The notes under the pieces were generated by a model. It made no database searches. It was not told the DNA's origin and saw only the letters and a program-made list of their open reading frames with translations. Positions 57,640 to 64,000 of a stretch of DNA of 64,000 nucleotides are shown here, one piece after another. The translations under genes and the position numbers were made by a program. Within the stretch, counting starts at the first letter, position 1. Each line of letters begins with the position of its first letter. The DNA is from Candidatus Eiseniibacteriota bacterium (GTDB lineage: Bacteria > Acidobacteriota > Terriglobia > Acidiferrales > UBA7541): assembly GCA_035607085.1 (NCBI GenBank), contig DATMZI010000096.1, positions 4,227 to 68,226 of the forward strand, read 5' to 3'.

Positions 57640-57945
57640 ATGATTTCCTTTTCGGAGCGCGCCGTAGTTCCGTCCCATGTGCTGATTCGCTTTCTGGAGC
57701 AGGAATCGGTGCTGTTGAACCTGGAAACGGAGCGGTACTTTGGGTTGGATGCGGTGGGGACACGGATGTGGCAGGTTGTGACGGCGGCGGCGACGGTAGA
57801 GGCGGCGCTGGCGCAACTGGTGCAAGAATACGACACCTCGCCGGAGACGCTACGCACGGACCTGACCAATTTGCTGCAGCACCTGGTGGAAAACGGATTG
57901 ATTGCGACGCAACCCGCAGATGTGGGCACGGCTTCGTCGGTTTAG
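57640..57945 (+). CDS. PqqD-family RiPP recognition element (lasso B1)
   Basis: ESVLLNLETERYFGLDAVGTRMW..L..EYD..LRTDL..LL..L.ENGLI; adjacent to B2 and C genes. Confidence 0.93.
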   Translation: MISFSERAVVPSHVLIRFLEQESVLLNLETERYFGLDAVGTRMWQVVTAAATVEAALAQLVQEYDTSPETLRTDLTNLLQHLVENGLIATQPADVGTASSV

Positions 57946-58375
57946 CGCGCTGCCGCGCGCTGCGAAGATGGACTTCGTGCGGGCGTCGCTGCTGTTGCCT
58001 CTGATTCGAATGAGCCTGCGTTTGCGCGGATTTCGCGCCACACAAAAATCCTTGCAGTTACGGATTGGACGAGGCGTGGCGGCGTTGTCGGAGTCTGCCG
58101 CGGCTGACGAAACAAAGCAGACGTGCCGAATGGTATTTGCAGCAGCGCGCTATTCGCCGATTTCCGTCACTTGTCTGGAACGATCGCTGGTGTTGTGGTG
58201 GCTGCTGGCGCGACGAGGAATGGCAACGCAGCTCCGCATCGGGGCGCGAAAATCCGGTAAGAAATTTGAAGCGCACGCTTGGTTAGAACAGAATGGCGTG
58301 GCCATAGGCGAGCCTGACGGCACGCACCTGCACTATGCTGCGTTCGAGAAAGAATTCTCCGAGGAAATTTCGTGA
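57920..58375 (+). CDS. Lasso leader peptidase B2 (transglutaminase-like)
   Basis: TCLERSL (Cys), LRIG, FEAHAWLE (His). Confidence 0.93.
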   Translation: MWARLRRFSALPRAAKMDFVRASLLLPLIRMSLRLRGFRATQKSLQLRIGRGVAALSESAAADETKQTCRMVFAAARYSPISVTCLERSLVLWWLLARRGMATQLRIGARKSGKKFEAHAWLEQNGVAIGEPDGTHLHYAAFEKEFSEEIS

Positions 58376-60231
58376 GCGGCTTTGCGGGCATTGTGCGGAT
58401 GGAGCCAACGCTGGACACCGCTGAAGCCGACCGCGCGGCCATCGCGCGCATGGCGGAGGCCATTGCGTTTCGTGGGCCAGACGCTCAGCAGCAGTTCAGC
58501 CGGGACGGGGCATCGTTCGCGTTCTCACTATTGACTACCGGGCCAGCGCCGCAAGCGGCGGAGCAGCCGTTGACGCTGGATGGGGAAACGTTCTTCCTAG
58601 GCGAAGCGCGCGTTGACGGGCGAGGCGAACTAATCGCCAAGTTACAGCAGCACAGTGCCGAGGTCCTACCGTCGAGCGGTGACGAGCAGCTGGTACTCAA
58701 TTTTATTGCTCTCTTTGGTATTGAGTCGCTGCCCCAACTCGACGGCGATTTCAGTTTTGTGTTGTGGAAACCGCGCGAGCGCAGACTATTCGCGTTTCGC
58801 GACCTCAGCGGCTCAAGGCCGTTTTTCTACTCACAGAGTGGCGGCCAACTCGTTTTCAGCAACACGCTACAGGCACTGTTAGTCTCCGGAAACGTCGCTC
58901 GCCGCGACTACGATCAACAGTTCATTGCGAACTTTCTGCTTGGCGCTCCCCATTTCGATGCGGAGAGGACGATCTATCGCGATGTTCGCAGGCTTCCAGC
59001 CGGGAACTTGTTGGACTTTTTTTCCGGCGAAGTTTCTTCGCGCTCCATCGCCAGATACCCGATCGAGGAACTGCTTTCATTCCGGCGGGATGACGAGGTG
59101 CTCGACGAATTTCGGCGGTTGTTTATGCTAGCCGTTCGCGATCGCCTGCCAGAATCGGACACGACGATCCTTTTAAGCGGCGGGCTGGACTCCACCAGCG
59201 TCGCAGCGGCCGCGGTTGCCGAGCGGAAGAGCCAAAACAACCCCAACCTGAAGCTCAACGCTTTTACACTCGATTTCTGTCCGCTGTTTCAGGACGAAGA
59301 AGCCTCACTGGCACAGGATTTTGCAGAGTCTCTCAATCTTCCATTCCAGCTGATTCACTTGGCGCACATTCTTCCGCTGGTCGGTGCGGACGGCGGGCCT
59401 TTCAAGCTGCCCGAGCCATGCGATTATCCTTACCCGGGACTTCAACAGTTTTACGTTTCGCGCTTTCGTCCGGATTCGCGGGTTGTGTTGAGCGGAGATG
59501 GTGGAGACGAAATTATGAGAGCGGAGGGCGCACCGTTCCTCCGCGATCTGAGTTCGCGCTTCGGCAAGGCTCGTGCGGCGATGGTGGTATTGGATTACAT
59601 ATTCTCGCGCCGGCGCCTGCCGGCATTGGGAGCCGGACTGCGCATCCGCTTTTTGCGGCTGATCGGAAAAGGCGCGCAGCTTCCCACTTTCCCGACATGG
59701 ATCGAACCTGCGTTTGAGAGGCAATTTGAGCTCCGCAAGCGATTTCTCGAACTTACGGAAAAGCCTTCGTCCGCCCATCCCTGGCATCCCTGGTCGTACG
59801 CCAAACTCGTTCGCTTCATTCCGCCGCTAATGGAAGGGCAAGATGCCATGTTTAGCGGCCGCCCGCTTGAGGTACGTGCCCCATTTCTCGACCGGCGCCT
59901 GATCCGATTCCTGCTTTGCCTGCCGCCCATTCCCTGGTACATGGAAAAGGAGTTACTTCGGCGAGCACAGCGCGGCGTCCTGCCGGATGAAATTCGTCTT
60001 CGGCCGAAAGTGCCGCTCCAGCACGATCCCCTTGAGTTGCACGTTGCTGCGGGAAAGTGGTCTCCGAGCGCACCGGACGTGTGCCCACCTGCTCTCCGAG
60101 GCATGATTGACTGGCCACGCCTGCAGCATTCCTTGACAATCGCCCACGGTACCGAGTTATATGTACATCTGTGCCCGGTCCTGCTAGCTCTCTGGCTAAA
60201 CGCTGTTGAAAAGAGCGATTGGATTCAGTAG
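58372..60231 (+). CDS. Lasso cyclase (asparagine-synthetase-like, protein C)
   Basis: MSGFAG (Ntn Cys replaced by Ser), RGPD, RD.SG.RP, LSGGLDS, SGDGGDE, PFLDRRL, RPK; GTGA overlap with B2. Confidence 0.93.
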   Translation: MSGFAGIVRMEPTLDTAEADRAAIARMAEAIAFRGPDAQQQFSRDGASFAFSLLTTGPAPQAAEQPLTLDGETFFLGEARVDGRGELIAKLQQHSAEVLPSSGDEQLVLNFIALFGIESLPQLDGDFSFVLWKPRERRLFAFRDLSGSRPFFYSQSGGQLVFSNTLQALLVSGNVARRDYDQQFIANFLLGAPHFDAERTIYRDVRRLPAGNLLDFFSGEVSSRSIARYPIEELLSFRRDDEVLDEFRRLFMLAVRDRLPESDTTILLSGGLDSTSVAAAAVAERKSQNNPNLKLNAFTLDFCPLFQDEEASLAQDFAESLNLPFQLIHLAHILPLVGADGGPFKLPEPCDYPYPGLQQFYVSRFRPDSRVVLSGDGGDEIMRAEGAPFLRDLSSRFGKARAAMVVLDYIFSRRRLPALGAGLRIRFLRLIGKGAQLPTFPTWIEPAFERQFELRKRFLELTEKPSSAHPWHPWSYAKLVRFIPPLMEGQDAMFSGRPLEVRAPFLDRRLIRFLLCLPPIPWYMEKELLRRAQRGVLPDEIRLRPKVPLQHDPLELHVAAGKWSPSAPDVCPPALRGMIDWPRLQHSLTIAHGTELYVHLCPVLLALWLNAVEKSDWIQ

Positions 60232-60251
60232 AGTCGAAACAGGAGATTTCC

Positions 60252-60392
60252 ATGAAGCCACCGGCGGAAGTCGCACCGAAAAAGAACTACGTGCCGCCGC
60301 AATTATTGAAGTACGGAACTCTAACCGAAATGACCGCGGCCGCCGGCAAAGGGGCTCATGCGGACGCGTCGAAGGGAAAAAGCAAGACCTAA
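60252..60392 (+). CDS. Lasso peptide precursor A (46 aa, not in ORF track)
   Basis: SD AGGAG; MKPPAEVAPKKNYVPPQLLKYGTLTEMTA-AAGKGAHADASKGKSKT; YxxPxL leader motif, Thr at -2, Asp at +9. Confidence 0.92.
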   Translation: MKPPAEVAPKKNYVPPQLLKYGTLTEMTAAAGKGAHADASKGKSKT

Positions 60393-60426
60393 GACTCCGC
60401 GTCCGACCTGTGAATATCCCCATACG

Positions 60427-61431
60427 ATGGACTATTGGGCCTATGGCTTAAGTATTACTTCAAATGTGGAAATACCGGCCTTCGGAACTTTCACAAGCTT
60501 AGGGACTTTCGATATCAGTTTCCAAATGGGTCCGGCTCCAAGCTGGGCCGATGAGGCCTCTTCCGATCGCGGCGAAGTTGTTTATTCACCTTCCTTGCCG
60601 GCGCGGACCGACTCAAAACTGACGATTACCCGGCTGCTCTCTGGAAAATTCCTGGAACTCCGTTATGACGACGGGACCCGGTTCATTATGGATGGAGGAG
60701 CAAAGTCGATATGGGCTGAAGAAGGCCCCGGCCTGAGCCGCGACGACGTCTTCACCTATCTCGTTGGTCCTATCATGGGCTTTGTTTTACGGCGCCGGGA
60801 AAAACTGGCGCTCCACGCAAGCTCGGTTATTGTCGATGACATGGCAATTGCAATCTGTGGAGAAGCTGGATCGGGCAAATCAACGACTGCTGCAGCGCTT
60901 GCTCTCCGGGGCAATCAGGTGTTATGCGAAGACATTTGTGCCTTGCAGAATTTGTATGGGCACAAATATGTGTTGCCCGCTTACCCGAGAATCAGCTTGT
61001 GGCCAGATTCGGCGAGCCGCCTGTTCTCTTCCGCCGATGTCTTGCCGCTGGTCGCCAAAGGGTGGGATAAGCGGTATCTCCAGCTCGATGGGCAGCGGGC
61101 TGGCTTTAGCAACAGTCCGGCACCGCTCGGTGCGATCTATTTGCTGGCTGCGCGTTCGGATGCGCGGACCGCGCCATCTATTGAGCGGCTATCGCAGAGA
61201 GAAGCGGCGCTGGCCCTTGTGCAAAACACATATATGAATTACCTTTTGACGAAAAAGCAGCGTGCCGCCGAATTTTACACAATAGCCAGTTTGGTGAGCG
61301 AAGTGGATTGCTACTGCATCACTCCTCACGCCGATCCCGCGCGCATCCGGGACTTGGCGTTACTGGTAGAGGCGCACGCGACTAATTTTATATCCGGGCT
61401 GAAATCTTCCTCCGCCCACTTAGTGCCCTGA
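60427..61431 (+). CDS. HPr kinase-like lasso peptide kinase
   Basis: LHAS, Walker A GEAGSGKST, CED; directly after the precursor. Confidence 0.85.
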   Translation: MDYWAYGLSITSNVEIPAFGTFTSLGTFDISFQMGPAPSWADEASSDRGEVVYSPSLPARTDSKLTITRLLSGKFLELRYDDGTRFIMDGGAKSIWAEEGPGLSRDDVFTYLVGPIMGFVLRRREKLALHASSVIVDDMAIAICGEAGSGKSTTAAALALRGNQVLCEDICALQNLYGHKYVLPAYPRISLWPDSASRLFSSADVLPLVAKGWDKRYLQLDGQRAGFSNSPAPLGAIYLLAARSDARTAPSIERLSQREAALALVQNTYMNYLLTKKQRAAEFYTIASLVSEVDCYCITPHADPARIRDLALLVEAHATNFISGLKSSSAHLVP

Positions 61432-62570
61432 TGTACAGCCTTGAGCAGTTCGCCAACATGTTCTCCGACCCGCTGCGCATGGACGCTTATCGCGGCGCGA
61501 TTGCCAAATACGTTCAGCCCGGCAACGTGGTCGTGGATCTTGGCTGCGGTCCCGGTGTTTTTGCTCTTCTCGCTTGCAAAGCCGGCGCTCGCCGGGTGTA
61601 CGCGATCGACCTGAATGGCATCGTGGATTTCGGCCGGCATTTGGCTGCGGCGAATGGCATGGCCGACCGCATCCATTTCCTGTGTGGAGATTCTCGGCAA
61701 ATTCATTTACCAGAACGCGCGGACGTGATTGTCTCGGACGTAAGGGGAGCATTGCCCCTTCACTCTCATGCCATCGAAACCATCGAAGACGCGCGCGAAC
61801 GTTTCCTGGCCCCGGGCGGCCGACTGCTTCCCTCAAGTGACACGTTGGTGTGCGCCCTGGTCGAGAATGAAAAGACGTACCGGGAAATCTGCGATGCTTG
61901 GAAGTCCCTTCCTCAACTGGATCTTTCTGCTGGTCTTCCGCTGGCATTGAACAGCATCTATAGCGAAAAACTCGAGCCCGACAATCTAATTTCGAGCCCT
62001 GCACCATGGCTTAAGCTTGACTACACGGTCGGCGCCAAAACTCACGTGTCGGGGCAATTACATCTCACCGCGTCCAGGGACGCAACAGGTCATGGGCTTG
62101 GTATGTGGTTTGAAACACAGCTCGGCGACGGATTTGGTTACTCCACGGCCCCGGGAAACGGCGATCGCGTTTATGGTCACAGATTCCTGCCATGGCTTGA
62201 ACCGGTTCGGCTGCGCAAGGGAGACGTTTGCTCGGTGACGTTGGGCGCCCACTTTGTCGGAGGCAATTACATTTGGCAATGGGAGATACAGATGCCGGCC
62301 ACGGCTAATCGAGCGCCGGTGCACATGCGGCAATCCACGTTTTACGGGGGCGTTTTGTCCCCCTCCTATCTCAAAAAGCATTCTAGTGATTTCGTACCAG
62401 TGCTCACGGAAACTGGGCTCGCTGAATCCTGGCTGTTTCAAGCTATCGATGGCAGGCGTTCGCTGGAAGAGATTGCCCGCGCGGCCACGAAAGCCTTTCC
62501 GCAAGTGTTTCGCCGCGTCGAAGACGCCTACAGCCGAGCCGCTGAAATCGCCGAAAGATTTTCCCGCTGA
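61431..62570 (+). CDS. PRMT-fold class I SAM methyltransferase with C-terminal PqqD/RRE-like helical domain
   Basis: D.LR..AY, VVDLGCGPG, ADVIVSD, LAPGGRLLP, beta-barrel HGLGMWFE; tail LTETG..W..IDGRRSLEEIA; TGATG coupling. Confidence 0.85.
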   Translation: MYSLEQFANMFSDPLRMDAYRGAIAKYVQPGNVVVDLGCGPGVFALLACKAGARRVYAIDLNGIVDFGRHLAAANGMADRIHFLCGDSRQIHLPERADVIVSDVRGALPLHSHAIETIEDARERFLAPGGRLLPSSDTLVCALVENEKTYREICDAWKSLPQLDLSAGLPLALNSIYSEKLEPDNLISSPAPWLKLDYTVGAKTHVSGQLHLTASRDATGHGLGMWFETQLGDGFGYSTAPGNGDRVYGHRFLPWLEPVRLRKGDVCSVTLGAHFVGGNYIWQWEIQMPATANRAPVHMRQSTFYGGVLSPSYLKKHSSDFVPVLTETGLAESWLFQAIDGRRSLEEIARAATKAFPQVFRRVEDAYSRAAEIAERFSR

Positions 62571-62626
62571 TGTTGCTCGCCGCGCTTCTCGCGTAGACTG
62601 GGAGCCTCGCTGCGAGGAGCACTTTT

Positions 62627-63802
62627 CTGCCGTCTCTGTTTCCACCTGCTAGCAATTTAACCGCTAATTGGCGGCTCCTGCTTGCCGCTTGTTCAGTCCC
62701 TCATGACGCCGCAAGGATTGCGGCTCTCGCGCTGGAGAATGAAGGAGTTGATGCCTTGCTGGATCTTGCTGGCGCACACGGAGTCATTCCTCACTTGGCT
62801 CGCGTGGTGGGTCAGACAGATTCCAACTCTTTGCCCTCCGCACTAGTGGAGGCGGTTCGCGCACCATGGAAGCGCCAGTTGCTTAAGTCCATGTCCTTGA
62901 CAGCAGAGCTGTTCCGTGTGGCTGCGCTCCTAGAGCAAGCGCCAATCGCGTTTTTGGTGACGAAAGGACCGGCGCTCGCGGCTCGCGCCTACGGCGACGT
63001 TGTTGCCAGACAGTACCGAGACTTCGACTTGTTGATCGGCCACGCCGATATTTTTCAGGCGGCGAAACTTCTGACTAGTGCAGGTTACGCGTCAGATACA
63101 AGTCTGAAAGCGTCGCAGTCCGGGCGTGTTCCCGGAGAATATATCTTTCAAAAACCCGAGACGGATCTGATCTTCGAGCTGCATACCGAACGGAGCTTCC
63201 GCTACTATCCGCGCCCGTTGCCCATCGAGGACTTCTTTCTTCGCAAAACGATTGTCTTAATGGATGGGCGCCCCGTGCCGGCCCTCTCGCTTGAGGATGA
63301 ATTCGTCCTGATTTCCATCCACGGCGCAAAGCATTTTTGGGAACGCCTGATGTGGATTTCGGATGTGGCCGCCCTGGTGCATCGCCATCCGGAACTCGAT
63401 TGGAGTCGCGTCCGCCAGTCCGCGGCCGATGTCGGCGCGGAGCGCATGGTCCGCGTGGCGTTGTTGCTGGCCGAGCGAGTGTTGCGGGTGCCGATTCCAA
63501 ACGAAATGAAAAAGGAGGTCGCCGCCGATTCGGCCTGCCTGTCTATCGTTAAAAAAATTGAAACGTGGCTGCCTTATGCTGGCCAGCAACCGCCTCAATT
63601 GATGCAACGCGCGCTTTTTCGTTTCCGCATGCGCGGGCAATTGGTCGACGGGGCCCGTTATCTTACGCGTCTGTCGCTGTCGCCCACGGAAGAAGACTGG
63701 TCAGCCGATGCAGAATCTGCCGAAGCCCCGTGGCGCGAAGCTCTCAGCCGGCCGTTTCGCCTGGCCAAGAAATATCGCCGCGATTCGAAGGGGCCGCACT
63801 AA
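62627..63802 (+). CDS. Nucleotidyltransferase family protein (NTP_transf_5-like), proposed CTG start
   Basis: KGPALA..YGD..R.Y.DFDLL, ELH, HGAKH.W.RL.W..D; SD GAGGAG 7 nt before CTG 62627. Confidence 0.85.
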   Translation: MPSLFPPASNLTANWRLLLAACSVPHDAARIAALALENEGVDALLDLAGAHGVIPHLARVVGQTDSNSLPSALVEAVRAPWKRQLLKSMSLTAELFRVAALLEQAPIAFLVTKGPALAARAYGDVVARQYRDFDLLIGHADIFQAAKLLTSAGYASDTSLKASQSGRVPGEYIFQKPETDLIFELHTERSFRYYPRPLPIEDFFLRKTIVLMDGRPVPALSLEDEFVLISIHGAKHFWERLMWISDVAALVHRHPELDWSRVRQSAADVGAERMVRVALLLAERVLRVPIPNEMKKEVAADSACLSIVKKIETWLPYAGQQPPQLMQRALFRFRMRGQLVDGARYLTRLSLSPTEEDWSADAESAEAPWREALSRPFRLAKKYRRDSKGPH

Positions 63803-63999
63803 CTATGTGAAGTCGCAGAGGTGCTGGCACTTGCCGTTGCTCCTGCCGCGCCACTCCACGCCGAAAATCCGCCGACCACGTTGTACACGGTTTTGAAGCC
63901 ATGCTTGGCGAGAATGCTCGTTCCTGCGCTCGAGCGGTAGCCGCCCTGACACATCACGGCGATCGGCCGCGACGAGTCAAACTTTGCCAGCTCGTCTTC
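63799..63999 (-). CDS. C-terminal rhodanese domain of a gene running off the window
   Basis: Hand translation ..RPIAVMCQGGYRSSAGTSILAKHGFKTVYNVVGGFSAW..; stop overlaps the NTase stop. Confidence 0.85.
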   Translation of the reverse strand, partial: EDELAKFDSSRPIAVMCQGGYRSSAGTSILAKHGFKTVYNVVGGFSAWSGAAGATASASTSATSHS

Positions 64000-64000
64000 C

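Noticed and set aside
57640-57945. PqqD protein as evidence of PQQ biosynthesis
   Set aside because: No pqqA/B/C/E nearby; neighbours are lasso B2/C/A, so it is the RRE.
58372-60231. Ordinary asparagine synthetase (asnB)
   Set aside because: The Ntn nucleophile Cys is replaced by Ser (MSGF), and the gene is coupled to B2 and a precursor.
60358-60426. ORF-track start of the kinase at 60358
   Set aside because: It overlaps the precursor core in another frame; ATG 60427 gives a plausible N-terminus.

Overview
A 64-kb GC-rich bacterial chromosomal window. The gene inventory suggests Acidobacteriota (inference): Oar-type TonB-dependent receptor, DUF4382/DUF5666-like lipoprotein, TPR/carboxypeptidase-regulatory protein and Hanks kinase-TPR. 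Most of the window is housekeeping or accessory: peptidases (M28, S9, M16 pair, DmpA), dtd, ClC channel, GH67 alpha-glucuronidase, lemA/DUF2207, anti-sigma/STAS/csp, queG and queDE-C, sodA, transporters, surE-tRNA-Pro-merR-der, an ECF sigma/anti-sigma pair and dinG. The standout is a complete lasso-peptide (RiPP) gene cluster at about 57640-63802. It encodes an RRE (B1), leader peptidase (B2), lasso cyclase (C) and a 46-aa precursor absent from the ORF track (60252-60392; predicted core AAGKGAHADASKGKSKT, Ala1-Asp9 ring). Three tailoring genes follow: an HPr-kinase-like kinase, a PRMT-fold methyltransferase with an RRE-like C-terminal tail, and a nucleotidyltransferase. There is no exporter in the cluster. 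Other items: an ECF anti-sigma fused to a bactofilin-like beta-helix, a Tat-signal Mn-SOD, an unlisted 32-aa membrane protein, a Mo-oxidoreductase pseudogene, a truncated mscS inside the que locus and several apparently leaderless genes. All product calls come from motif recognition by eye; no database searches were run.
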